A program made the position numbers and the translations under genes. The notes beneath the pieces were generated by a model. The model did not search any database, had not been told where the DNA came from, and was given only the letters and a program-made list of their open reading frames with translations. 64,000 bases of DNA, taken from NCBI GenBank assembly GCA_910588015.1, contig CAJUOK010000005.1, positions 45,610-109,609 on the forward strand, in the 5' to 3' direction. Position 1 is the stretch's first letter, and each line of letters opens with the position of its first letter. This document shows positions 19,060 to 28,851 of the stretch, one piece after another. This stretch comes from an uncultured Christensenellaceae bacterium (GTDB lineage Bacteria; Bacillota; Clostridia; Christensenellales; UBA3700).

Positions 19060-20532
19060 TCAATATTCTCTTAACGGACGGTTCGTGTTGATAAAGCTCC
19101 AAAAATAATCGAATTTATATGCGTTAAACGCTTGTTTCGGCACGTAAATATAGCAGTTGTCCGCTCCTTGTAAAATATTGGCGGCAACGTGGAATTTGTC
19201 AGGTTCTAGCGAAGTAATATATAATCCGGTCAGCGAAGCGCACCCGTTGAATGAATTTTCTCCTACAGATGAAATATTCTTTCCGAGAGTAATCTTCTTA
19301 ACGATAGTATTTCCCTCAAAAGCATTGCTTGCCAATTTACTTACAGGCAAACCGGCAAGTGTATCTGGTATGACTATTTCCGTCAAAGTCTTGCCATAAT
19401 CGGTCAGTCCTTCGACAACCCATTCTCCTTTAAATAATACGTCTTGTCCGTTAGTCACAATTTCCACGCCCGATAAATTAAATATCTTTGCCGCTTCCTT
19501 AAGGTCTTCCGATATCGACGTTCCTCCCCCTATTCCGGAATCTTGCGGAAGCTGCGGTTTATCCGGCACTTCAATAGTTACAGGCGTAAATATATCTAGT
19601 TCGGCTTTAATCTCTTGCGCTAGCAATGCCGTATAATACAACGCGCCTGCGTCGTTTAGATGGAAGTTGCTATCATAGAACCACTCGCAGTCTAGTATAT
19701 GAGACAAAGGATTGCCTATGACAGTGATATCCAAGCAGGTCCTTAAATAATCGTAATAATCGACTATAGATTCATTAGAATCTGCTATTGCTTTGGCATT
19801 CATAGGAGAAAAAGCATAATAAGTCCTAGCGCCGGATTTTGCCGCTACCTCCGCATAAGAATTAATATAATCTATAAACTCAACGTCTATAACAGATTTA
19901 TCGAAAGATATAGGCATTGCTCCGTCATAACCGTCCTTCATTGTGTTGTGAGGTCGTTCGTATATTATATCGCCCAACTCATTAAAAGACCCAACGTTGT
20001 AAACGCCTTCGGGATTAGGTTTGTCATTGTTTTTCCAATAACTAAATTTGCCGCTCACAAACGTAAAAAATTTACCTAGCAAGTCGCCTGCATTGGAAGT
20101 ATCTGTCTTATTGAGAATTTCGTATTTGCCGTCTATCGAATACCAAACTGCTTCGGCATTGAAATACAAAGATAACGCTTGAGAGTTTTGCTCCGGTGCA
20201 ATAATTACTATATCGTCTTTGCCAATAAAATCTTTTGCAACGTCGAGCATATATTTCGTGCCTAGATTGGCGTATAAACCAAAATTAACGACAGGCATTC
20301 CCAACTCTTGCTCAAGCAAATCGGAACGCAAACCGAAGGCAAGACTTGAACCGCCAATAATGACGACCTTTCTCTCTGAAATATTCTTAAGTCTATCATA
20401 TTTAATTGCCATACCGCCGTAAAAGGACTCGTCATATTGCGGAGAAAGTCCGAATGCGAACGAAACCAATATCACGGGTATCAGTATGATTATAAAAACT
20501 GTAAAACTTATCAATAATATTTTCTTTTTCAT
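19060..20532 (-). CDS. Membrane-anchored DltD-like (SGNH-like) protein with C-terminal BspA-type leucine-rich repeats
   Basis: Start at MKKKILLISF (20532), 7 nt after the MBOAT stop. N-terminal TM, then VVIIGGSSLAFG...NFGLYANLG...DIVIIAPEQ...DSNFHLND (DltD-like Ser and Asp/His blocks). C-terminal LRR such as IPDTLAGLPVSKLASNAFEGN..ITLGKNISSVGENSFNGCASLT. Confidence 0.65.
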   Translation of the reverse strand: MKKKILLISFTVFIIILIPVILVSFAFGLSPQYDESFYGGMAIKYDRLKNISERKVVIIGGSSLAFGLRSDLLEQELGMPVVNFGLYANLGTKYMLDVAKDFIGKDDIVIIAPEQNSQALSLYFNAEAVWYSIDGKYEILNKTDTSNAGDLLGKFFTFVSGKFSYWKNNDKPNPEGVYNVGSFNELGDIIYERPHNTMKDGYDGAMPISFDKSVIDVEFIDYINSYAEVAAKSGARTYYAFSPMNAKAIADSNESIVDYYDYLRTCLDITVIGNPLSHILDCEWFYDSNFHLNDAGALYYTALLAQEIKAELDIFTPVTIEVPDKPQLPQDSGIGGGTSISEDLKEAAKIFNLSGVEIVTNGQDVLFKGEWVVEGLTDYGKTLTEIVIPDTLAGLPVSKLASNAFEGNTIVKKITLGKNISSVGENSFNGCASLTGLYITSLEPDKFHVAANILQGADNCYIYVPKQAFNAYKFDYFWSFINTNRPLREY

Positions 20533-20539
20533 ATTACAC

Positions 20540-22012
20540 CTAGAATTGGAAGTAAATAAACTCGCTCGCGCCGTTTCCCATAACGTATATTGACACCCAA
20601 GCAACTGCTATAGCGACAATCATAAGTCCGTAAGTCAAAAATCGCGCGGTCAGCATACCTCCCGACATTTTTGTCGCGATTGGCGTTTCGTTCTTTATCA
20701 TTCCGTATGAAAATGCCAAAATACCGCACATAAGAGATATGCGTATGACAAACGTAGCGTCAAATCCAATCTCGGATAAAGCTTGGATACTACCTGACCA
20801 ATCTGTAAATATTTTGGCTATTGCAATACCGCAATCAGACAGAGAATTGCCGCGGAAGAATATCCAAGCAAAACACACAAGCGTAAAAGTTACGACCTGC
20901 CTAAACAATCGAGTTGCCGTATTGTCAGTTATATGAATTTTACCTTTGCTTTCAAGCTTTTTAATAGCGGCGTTCTTTAATTTGCCGACGATTTGATATA
21001 TACCGTGAATTCCTCCCCATACAATAAACGTCCACGATGCGCCGTGCCACATTCCGCTTAATAAAAATACTATCATCACGTTGATTGCCCAACGCCACGC
21101 TTTGCACCGACTGCCGCCAAGAGGTATGTATACGTAATCCGTAAACCAACTTGTAAGCGAGATATGCCAACGCCTCCAAAAATCGCGAATACTGGTTGCA
21201 ATATAAGGACGGTTGAAATTGTCGCATAGCTTGATTCCCATCATACGCGCCACGCCTATTGCAATGTCCGTATATCCCGAAAAATCGCAATATATCTGAA
21301 TGGCAAAAAGTATCGTTGCAATTATTACGGTAAGTCCGGTTGCCTTTTCGATATTGTTATATACCGAATTGACAATTACGGCGACACCGTCGGCTATAAC
21401 TACTTTTTTGAAAAATCCTACAATCGATATTCTGAATCCGTCGCTCAAATCCTTCTTGTCAAACTTTATATCTTGCTTTAGTTGCGGTATAAGATTTTCC
21501 GGTCGCTCTATAGGTCCTGCGACAAGCTGCGGAAAAAAGGTTACGAACAACGCGTAATAACCGAAATGACGCTCTGCCTTAATTCTCCCGCGATAGACGT
21601 CTATAACGTAGGACAGCGTCTGAAAAGTATAAAATGATATGCCTATGGGAAGAATGAGATTCATCGAAAATTCTGCTGCGTTTTGCCCGCTGAGATTGAT
21701 TAGACTTATGACAGAATTCACCAAAAATACAAAATATTTAAAGAAGAACAGCACTCCGAGACAACTGACGACGGTGACAACCATACACGCTTTCTTGACC
21801 TTTTTACTGTCGTATTTTTCCATCAGAAGTCCCGATATATAGGAAACGGCGGTTGTAAAGACAATGAGGAAAATCAGCCAAGGATTCCAACACATATAAA
21901 AAATATAACTCGATATAAGCAGCATTACCCACCGAAATTTCTTGGGCAAAATCCAATACAACAGCACGACTATCGGCAAAAATATCAAAAACTGCCAAGA
22001 ATTAAAATTCAT
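20540..22012 (-). CDS. MBOAT-family membrane-bound O-acyltransferase (DltB/AlgI-like)
   Basis: 490-aa polytopic ORF with the hallmark blocks FWRRWHISLTSWF and LSGMWHGASW (invariant His). Confidence 0.9.
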   Translation of the reverse strand: MNFNSWQFLIFLPIVVLLYWILPKKFRWVMLLISSYIFYMCWNPWLIFLIVFTTAVSYISGLLMEKYDSKKVKKACMVVTVVSCLGVLFFFKYFVFLVNSVISLINLSGQNAAEFSMNLILPIGISFYTFQTLSYVIDVYRGRIKAERHFGYYALFVTFFPQLVAGPIERPENLIPQLKQDIKFDKKDLSDGFRISIVGFFKKVVIADGVAVIVNSVYNNIEKATGLTVIIATILFAIQIYCDFSGYTDIAIGVARMMGIKLCDNFNRPYIATSIRDFWRRWHISLTSWFTDYVYIPLGGSRCKAWRWAINVMIVFLLSGMWHGASWTFIVWGGIHGIYQIVGKLKNAAIKKLESKGKIHITDNTATRLFRQVVTFTLVCFAWIFFRGNSLSDCGIAIAKIFTDWSGSIQALSEIGFDATFVIRISLMCGILAFSYGMIKNETPIATKMSGGMLTARFLTYGLMIVAIAVAWVSIYVMGNGASEFIYFQF

Positions 22013-24132
22013 CGTATATCCTCGCTTGTCATAACAGATATCAATGCCGTTATTACTCTTTCGGTATGCGCGTTCTTAAACGGACTGCCAAGATGATAAT
22101 CATTGTCGGAAAAATGTCTTCCGTTGTAGACAGTATCGTATTGAGTAAGCAACACGTTTATAGACTCGTCGCTTAAAATATTTTTCACACGCGCAGTATA
22201 GTCGCCTACAGCGTCTTGCAATTTATATTCCGCATCATAAGTCAACTGTAGTCTGTGTCTATTTAAAGGCGGGAAAGTTACAAATGTGCGCACGCCTTTT
22301 GCAACAGTTGCGCTATAAATATTTTGTTTTGCCAATTCAACGCTGGCGTCCATATTAAAATCGTATTCTCCGCTATGGAAATACTTATCTTCGCCGCATT
22401 CCGGTTTTGCTATTTCGCCGATAGGCAAAAGTTCCGGCACGGGGTCGAAATTGTAATGGTCGGAATATTCGCACTCGGCAGAACCCAATCTATTTCTGTT
22501 AAAAGCCGAAAACAACGAGAAAAGATTGCCGTATTTATTTACAGTCAAAGATGATAAGAACTGCCAATTACACTCTGTAAATCTAAAAATATAATACCCG
22601 TCCGTTAGTTTAACGGAAGACGTCTTTGTGAGCGGCGACTGCATAGTATTTCCGTACCACGCAGAATAAAATTGCTCCGGAGCGTGCAAGAATATGTCAC
22701 CCTGCTTCAAATACGTATTTAATATCTCAAATTGAGCAAACTCCGCATAAGTAGCGTTAAAGCCCAAATTATACACTTGAATTTTTTTATCTTTTAACTG
22801 TTCCGAACAAAGTTTTTCCGCAGTCGATATACTGTATCCGTAATTAACGCTCGAGCCGCCTAAAATGACGAGGCGAGTAATCTCATTATCTTCCATACTT
22901 AACGCAAGTCTATCGTATACGTCTGTTTTTACCGAAGCTTGGTCTACCGGACTTCTAGGCTTTAAATATGCGTTCATATGCAGCGTAGTAAAGTTTTTAC
23001 AACCAGAAAATGCTTCGTCGTTTATATTCATAATATTGTCCGACATATAAAGCTCAATTAAATTTTCACAATCTTTAAACGCGTCGTTTTCAACCGTCGT
23101 CACGCTGTCGGGAATATAATAAACAGAAGCAGAACAATTCTCAAAGGCATTCTTTGAAATAGCAGTGACCTTTTCTCCGTTTATTTCTCTAGGCACAACT
23201 ATTTCGTTTAATGAGTATTGGTCCGATTGTTTAAGTTTTACGCTACCTTGATTAATTTCAAACAAGTTGCAATCAGTGTATTCTTTCCATACAGGAGTCA
23301 ATACTGTCGCTTTCTTATTAGAAACGCTCACACGACTTCCCAAACCGACGTACTCGCCGTTCTCTGTCGTATACCCCGCCAGATATCTGCTATCGCAGTC
23401 TACGCCCAACGCTCTCAAATCTACCGCAGTATAGGTGTTCGCGCGCGGATGATTCGACAGCATCTGCGTTACGTCCTGTTCTATTTCCCGTCCTCCGTCT
23501 ACTTGGTAAATTATCGTATTGCCCGTATCGGTAAGACTTTTGAAATTGGCAAACAAATTGCCGACGGATTTTATATCTTTAATTTCAAGCGTTTCGGCAT
23601 AACCTACAAATTCACCGCCGCTATTCAAATAATTGTTTTTACTCCAACATACAAAACGATGAGCTTCCTTAGGAACCGCCTTCACGGTCAAAATATCGTC
23701 GGCATAATAGACGCAATCCTCTGCCGCTCCAAGGACACTGGATATATTTACCTCTCCTATTAGCTCGCCGCTTTGAGGTTTGAATTCAACTTTTTCCATT
23801 TCGGTTGTTAAGACTCTCACCGTCGATTTATGATTTACAGAGGTAAAAGTAACAGTTTGTTGAAAAGACAATTCATCGCTGATTTCACATTTATCGCCGT
23901 AATAACCGTTTACTTTATATCCTCTCTCAAGAACTATATTAAAAACCGCGGTTTCTCCGCGTTCGACAACGCGTTTGTTGTCACCAACCACGGAATAATG
24001 TTCTCCGTCCATAACCGTAACGGTAATGCGCCTGTCGACTTGGTTAAAACCATTACCGCCGCAAGCCGCAAATAACACGCAAAACGCCACTAAAAGCGAA
24101 ATGGCTATATAAATGAATAACCTACGCTTCAT
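22009..24132 (-). CDS. Lipoprotein with InlB-B/Listeria-Bacteroides-type repeats, BspA-type LRRs and a C-terminal DltD-like domain
   Basis: Lipobox LFAAC. LRR such as IPDSVTTVENDAFKDCENLIELYMSDNIMNINDEAFSGCKNFT. The C-terminal domain RLVILGGSSVNYG...NLGFNATYA...GDIFLHAPEQ...DNDYHLGSP is paralogous to the domain in 19060-20532. ATGA overlap with the MBOAT start. Confidence 0.65.
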   Translation of the reverse strand: MKRRLFIYIAISLLVAFCVLFAACGGNGFNQVDRRITVTVMDGEHYSVVGDNKRVVERGETAVFNIVLERGYKVNGYYGDKCEISDELSFQQTVTFTSVNHKSTVRVLTTEMEKVEFKPQSGELIGEVNISSVLGAAEDCVYYADDILTVKAVPKEAHRFVCWSKNNYLNSGGEFVGYAETLEIKDIKSVGNLFANFKSLTDTGNTIIYQVDGGREIEQDVTQMLSNHPRANTYTAVDLRALGVDCDSRYLAGYTTENGEYVGLGSRVSVSNKKATVLTPVWKEYTDCNLFEINQGSVKLKQSDQYSLNEIVVPREINGEKVTAISKNAFENCSASVYYIPDSVTTVENDAFKDCENLIELYMSDNIMNINDEAFSGCKNFTTLHMNAYLKPRSPVDQASVKTDVYDRLALSMEDNEITRLVILGGSSVNYGYSISTAEKLCSEQLKDKKIQVYNLGFNATYAEFAQFEILNTYLKQGDIFLHAPEQFYSAWYGNTMQSPLTKTSSVKLTDGYYIFRFTECNWQFLSSLTVNKYGNLFSLFSAFNRNRLGSAECEYSDHYNFDPVPELLPIGEIAKPECGEDKYFHSGEYDFNMDASVELAKQNIYSATVAKGVRTFVTFPPLNRHRLQLTYDAEYKLQDAVGDYTARVKNILSDESINVLLTQYDTVYNGRHFSDNDYHLGSPFKNAHTERVITALISVMTSEDIR

Positions 24133-24401
24133 ACATTATCTCCCACTTTAAGCAAACAATCCTTTTCTTCGTCTTTGTTCCAAAACGCCGCCACAAAAAG
24201 CAAGACGTATGCAAGAACATACGTTAGAACTTCGTCGATTTCCACGCCAAGCAAAAACGAATAAGTTATACAAAAAATAATACACAAATACGATACGATT
24301 AACAAAAGCGTACTAGAAGTCTTATTAACGTTTATGCGCGCAAATATCACGAAAAATATCGCAACGAGAGAAAATATCAAAATCATTGAATTATTCAGCA
24401 C
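24129..24401 (-). CDS. Small 3-TM membrane protein, first gene of the MBOAT module
   Basis: 90-aa ORF with a GTG start 10 nt after AAGGAG. Three hydrophobic helices. Stop overlaps the next start (ATGA). Confidence 0.55.
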   Translation of the reverse strand: MLNNSMILIFSLVAIFFVIFARINVNKTSSTLLLIVSYLCIIFCITYSFLLGVEIDEVLTYVLAYVLLFVAAFWNKDEEKDCLLKVGDNV

Positions 24402-24740
24402 TTTTAATACGCTCCTTTTTATTGATTGTCAGCATATCTTGTAATATTATGCAAATATCGAAAAACTAACTATATCGATTGTATAATTAGAAATTTCCCA
24501 ATATACAATATTATATATAATTTAGCATTTTTAACGAATTAAAGTCAACAGAATTGATAAACGCTACCTTTAAAGCGCGATTTTAGCGCTGATTTAGCCA
24601 AATTATAGTAATTTAATTAGTATGATGTTCAAATATTAATTGATACTTAAAACAATTAAAACGATTGCAAACAAATAAAAATATTATTAAAGATATAAAA
24701 GCTATAAAAAATAAATTATTATCAAAATACAGATTTTAAA

Positions 24741-26348
24741 TTATTTATTGTTATTATCTTTCGAATCGGATATTCCATCCGAATTTTCTTGATTAACATT
24801 TCCGTTATTAGATATTTGCGGTTTCCTGCGCGATTTAATCCTATTTAAAAGTTGACGAATATAAAACCTAAAATCTTTATTGCAAAGAAGCACCGCCGCC
24901 GCAATCGTAAAAGAAAAGGCAAGAGAGATAAAACCGTTTGCAAAAAGCTCTATCCATTGATTATCGCTTGTTATCATAGAGAAGTTAAATATTAATAAAG
25001 CGGCGCAAAAGACTGCAATATATAAATAGTTGCGCAAATAATATCCCTTTACGTTGCTCTTAAAAGCATATTTATATAAGACGTAAGGCTCGATTATATG
25101 ACAAATAAATATATTTGTAATAATGGTTGCTACAATTACTCCAACCACGCTATATTCTTCAGGGAATACCAATACGAATAAAATTGATAATCCAACGTTT
25201 AGCAAACCCTCAATCAACGGCTTCCATCTGTCGTTGTAAAACGTTCCGGTTGCGTCTCTGAAAAGCAATGCGGCCTGTCGCATAAACTGAATGAAGTAAT
25301 TAACAGTAATGACGATAGAAATGGATTTTGCCAATTCAAGTCCGTCGTCAAAAAGAATAGTTACCAAATTATCTATTACGCCATAATAGCCCAAGAAAAA
25401 TATAGTGCCAAGTACAAAGTTAAAGGTATGGAAAAAGTTAAAGTATTTCTTAACTTGCAATTTGTCTTCGCTTACGCACATATGCCCGATAACAGCCGTA
25501 AGTGGCGTAAAACACAACGTCAACACTCCCGTCATAGCAACCATTATAGTTGTATAGTTTGAATATTTTCCTAATACAACCAATCCTATAAATGCCGATA
25601 TAATTAAACTGTCGGCAGTATTGACAAGAACTCCGCCGATTTTGTGCATAAACATAGCTTTAATGCTTTTGGTAACAGTATTCTTTGTCTCCTCGTCTAT
25701 CTTTTGTTTATTTTTGATTATATCGCTATGCTTTTTTCTGACTATTATTTCCGTCGCTCCCCACTGTAGCGCTCCCGTAATAATGCGGCAAATCAAAAAC
25801 CATACGAACGAACCGGTATAAACAAGCACAATAATTTGCAATCCGAATTGCAGCAATTGTCCAATTGAAGAAATTATCGTTGTAATATAATTGTTTTTAT
25901 AGGCGTTTATAAGAGACGTTTTAGAACTGTAAACGTAAGAAAGAACTACGGACGCAAGCATAAGCGCAAACGTGAGATACAAATTAACGTCCAAGTTCTG
26001 ATAATCTTTTGCAAGATAAGGCAATGCAGGCATTAACGCGCAACCAACCACTAAAATTATTGCGCCTATTATTAAATATAATTTTGTGAATAGACCGTAT
26101 AAAGCCGAAACTTTGTCATTATCGCCTTCGACGATTGGTTTATACATACAATAAGTAATAGAAACGCCAACCCCAAGTTCAGCTACTGCCAAGAAATCAA
26201 GTATAGAACCGTATAGCGAATTCAATCCGTTTATTTCATTTCCGATATAACGAATCAAGAACCTACGCACTAAAATATTAGCGACCAAGATAATCATCTT
26301 GAACGCTATAGACACAAATACGTTTAACAGTCCTTTTTTCTTATCCAC
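24741..26348 (-). CDS. Wzx-type oligosaccharide flippase (MOP superfamily polysaccharide biosynthesis protein)
   Basis: 535-aa ORF with 12 or more TM helices. The N-terminal block RRFLIRYIGNEINGLNSL is typical of the family. Polysaccharide locus context. Confidence 0.75.
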   Translation of the reverse strand: MDKKKGLLNVFVSIAFKMIILVANILVRRFLIRYIGNEINGLNSLYGSILDFLAVAELGVGVSITYCMYKPIVEGDNDKVSALYGLFTKLYLIIGAIILVVGCALMPALPYLAKDYQNLDVNLYLTFALMLASVVLSYVYSSKTSLINAYKNNYITTIISSIGQLLQFGLQIIVLVYTGSFVWFLICRIITGALQWGATEIIVRKKHSDIIKNKQKIDEETKNTVTKSIKAMFMHKIGGVLVNTADSLIISAFIGLVVLGKYSNYTTIMVAMTGVLTLCFTPLTAVIGHMCVSEDKLQVKKYFNFFHTFNFVLGTIFFLGYYGVIDNLVTILFDDGLELAKSISIVITVNYFIQFMRQAALLFRDATGTFYNDRWKPLIEGLLNVGLSILFVLVFPEEYSVVGVIVATIITNIFICHIIEPYVLYKYAFKSNVKGYYLRNYLYIAVFCAALLIFNFSMITSDNQWIELFANGFISLAFSFTIAAAVLLCNKDFRFYIRQLLNRIKSRRKPQISNNGNVNQENSDGISDSKDNNNK

Positions 26349-26379
26349 TCTACTTGCCTTATTATTTTCGCAAAAAACT

Positions 26380-27393
26380 TTATGCGTTTTTATTTCTCAA
26401 CTTTTTTTTAATTGTTTTGCATTTATAAAGAAACATATTATACTTTTTTAATTGCAACCACAAAATAAATTTTGATGATAAAGAATTAAGCTTATATAAT
26501 TTTTTGTAAGCTGTATAATTACTTTTAATGGCAAACTCCTTTGATAATTTATGATTTTTTAATGTTTTAAAAAGAAGTTTTATCTCACAATCTACACTGC
26601 ACAACCAATTAACAGCCAAGCAATATTCTTTGAATAATTCAGCGCTTGCCCATTCATTTCTACCTAACTTAACTAAAATGTCATATAATAATTTCCCAAC
26701 ATTATAACATACGTCTAAAATATTATCTCGATAATATTTTTTAAAATACTGAACTTCAGGCAAATCATAATTATACAACTGCGAATTTACATAAGACATA
26801 CCATTAGAATAGGAAATGCAGGTCAAAAGGTAAATCAAATCTTCATAAATATATAATTTTTCATTAAATCTTATACCTTCAAATTTTGAACTTTTATATA
26901 GAACTCTCCAACAAGAACCAAGTACGTGTTGAGGATGTCCGATGAGAAAATGCTCAACTTCGAAATTTGATATTATTTTGTTCATACCAATCTCTCTTTG
27001 CGGCAATTTTTTACCGTCTACTACATAATTGATTCCGCAAAACACCATATCGGATTGTTCATATAAAATGGTATCAAACATTTTTTGACAATATTGAGGT
27101 TCTATCCAATCATCCGAGTCGACAAAAGTATAATATTCACCGCTTTTTACACTCAATCCATAGTTTCTAGCGGCGCTAACTCCTGCATTATTTTGAAAAT
27201 AATACTTAAATCTTTCGTCTTCCTTAACAAAACTCAAACAAATATTTTCGCTATTATCGAGAGAACCATCATTTATCATTATGACTTCTATGTTTTCGAA
27301 AGTTTGAGCCTGTATGCTCTTTAAACATCTCTCTAATAGCAATTCGTTATTGTATATGGGAATTATAATTGAAATCTTGTTACTATTCGACAT
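26380..27393 (-). CDS. GT2-family glycosyltransferase
   Basis: N-terminal ISIIIPIYNNELLLERCLKSIQAQTF...NDGSLD and the DSDD (DxD) motif. Confidence 0.85.
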   Translation of the reverse strand: MSNSNKISIIIPIYNNELLLERCLKSIQAQTFENIEVIMINDGSLDNSENICLSFVKEDERFKYYFQNNAGVSAARNYGLSVKSGEYYTFVDSDDWIEPQYCQKMFDTILYEQSDMVFCGINYVVDGKKLPQREIGMNKIISNFEVEHFLIGHPQHVLGSCWRVLYKSSKFEGIRFNEKLYIYEDLIYLLTCISYSNGMSYVNSQLYNYDLPEVQYFKKYYRDNILDVCYNVGKLLYDILVKLGRNEWASAELFKEYCLAVNWLCSVDCEIKLLFKTLKNHKLSKEFAIKSNYTAYKKLYKLNSLSSKFILWLQLKKYNMFLYKCKTIKKKLRNKNA

Positions 27394-27396
27394 ATT

Positions 27397-28005
27397 TTAC
27401 TCGCTTAAATTATCTAAAATCGCCCACCATTTATCTTTTTCACTCATAACGATAGGCGCGCCATCTTTTAGCGTATATCCTTGAGGGTCGGCAGAACCTG
27501 AATATGCGCCAATCACTCCCCAGTCAATGCCTATATTCGGGTCGTTCCAAGCAATACCGCCCTCGTCGCCCGGATGATAAAAATCAGTGACTTTATAGCA
27601 AAACTCGGCAATGTCCGAAAGCACTAAAAAGCCGTGAGCAAAGCCTTCGGAGATATAAAATTGCTTTTTATTTTCCTCGGTTAGCTCTACTCCAAACCAT
27701 TTGCCGTACGTCTTACTGCCTTCACGCATATCTACGGCGACGTCAAATACTTTTCCTTTTATTACGCGGACAAGCTTACCCTGCGGAAACTGTTTTTGAA
27801 AATGCAATCCTCTTAAGACTCCTTTTGTACTCATAGACTGATTGTCTTGCACAAAATTCATATTAAGTCCGGCATCTTGCATATCGCGCTTGTTGTACGT
27901 TTCCATAAAGTAACCGCGATTATCGCCGTGAACAGCCGGCTCTATTATATAAAGCCCTTCGATTCCGCCTACATTTTTTTCAACTTTAATTTGTCCCATT
28001 GTCAA
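27397..28005 (-). CDS. rfbC: dTDP-4-dehydrorhamnose 3,5-epimerase
   Basis: RmlC blocks DNRGYFMETY, LRGLHFQ and AHGFLVLSD. Confidence 0.9.
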   Translation of the reverse strand: MTMGQIKVEKNVGGIEGLYIIEPAVHGDNRGYFMETYNKRDMQDAGLNMNFVQDNQSMSTKGVLRGLHFQKQFPQGKLVRVIKGKVFDVAVDMREGSKTYGKWFGVELTEENKKQFYISEGFAHGFLVLSDIAEFCYKVTDFYHPGDEGGIAWNDPNIGIDWGVIGAYSGSADPQGYTLKDGAPIVMSEKDKWWAILDNLSE

Positions 28006-28849
28006 TCTCCTTTAGATATCTGCTTAATGCGTCCTGCCAAGTCGGCAATAATGCAAACCCGTTTTCTACGAGCTTACTTTTATCCAACCTGCTGTTGTAA
28101 GGTCTTGCCGCTTTGGAAAGTCCGTATTCGGCAGTGCTAACGGGAATTACTTGAGTCGAATACCCAGCTTGTCTGAATATTTCTTTTGCAAAATCATACC
28201 AACTGATATATCCGCCTTCGTTTGTAGCGTGATAGTAACCGTATTTATCCGTCTCTATCATATCTACCAATAGTCGCGCCAAATCATAGGTATAAGTCGG
28301 CGTTCCTATTTGGTCATTGACAACTCTCACTGTTTCGTGCGTTTTCCCTACTTTCAACATTGTCTTGATAAAATTATTGCCGTTCTTGCCAAATACCCAA
28401 GCAATCCTCACTATAAAATATTTTTCAAGATTTTCCGATACAGCAAGTTCTCCTTCAAGCTTAGTGATACCGTAAACGTTCAAAGGCTTATATTCTTTGC
28501 AATCGGGTTTCCAAGGTTCGACTCCGTTGCCGTCAAAAACGTAATCGGTAGAAATATACATCATTTTGCAATCCAACTCTTTACACGCCTTTGCAATATT
28601 TTCGGTGCCTATGGCATTGACAAGTCTTACCTTTTCTACATTATCTTCTGCCGCGTCAACTGCCGTCCAAGCCGCGCAATGCACGACGGCATCGGGTTTT
28701 ACCTTATTTAAGACATCGCGGACCTGTTTGCCGTCAGTTATATCCATTTCTTGAATATCTACGCCAATAGCTTCATATCCTCGCTTATTAAGTTCATTTA
28801 CAACATCGAATCCAAGCTGTCCTTTTACTCCTGTTACCAACACTCTCAT
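27986..28849 (-). CDS. rfbD: dTDP-4-dehydrorhamnose reductase
   Basis: 287 aa with MRVLVTGVKGQLG and STDYVFDG blocks. Sits between rfbB and rfbC. Confidence 0.9.
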   Translation of the reverse strand: MRVLVTGVKGQLGFDVVNELNKRGYEAIGVDIQEMDITDGKQVRDVLNKVKPDAVVHCAAWTAVDAAEDNVEKVRLVNAIGTENIAKACKELDCKMMYISTDYVFDGNGVEPWKPDCKEYKPLNVYGITKLEGELAVSENLEKYFIVRIAWVFGKNGNNFIKTMLKVGKTHETVRVVNDQIGTPTYTYDLARLLVDMIETDKYGYYHATNEGGYISWYDFAKEIFRQAGYSTQVIPVSTAEYGLSKAARPYNSRLDKSKLVENGFALLPTWQDALSRYLKEIDNGTN

Positions 28850-28851
28850 TT

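Noticed and set aside
20533-20604. N-terminal extensions in the ORF track: 20533-20604, 43984-44058, 54795-54866, 53678-53734, 6761-6778, 46778-46792, 18916-18927 and 60207-60242.
   Set aside because: Downstream starts have proper RBSs, begin at signal or TM sequences or at the paralog-conserved Met, and avoid long overlaps with the preceding gene.
24402-24740. 339-bp AT-rich non-coding gap between Wzx and the MBOAT module, examined for CRISPR-like repeats, small RNAs or remnants of mobile elements.
   Set aside because: No direct or inverted repeats of convincing length, no ORF and no terminator-like hairpin were found. It is treated simply as an inter-operon or promoter region.
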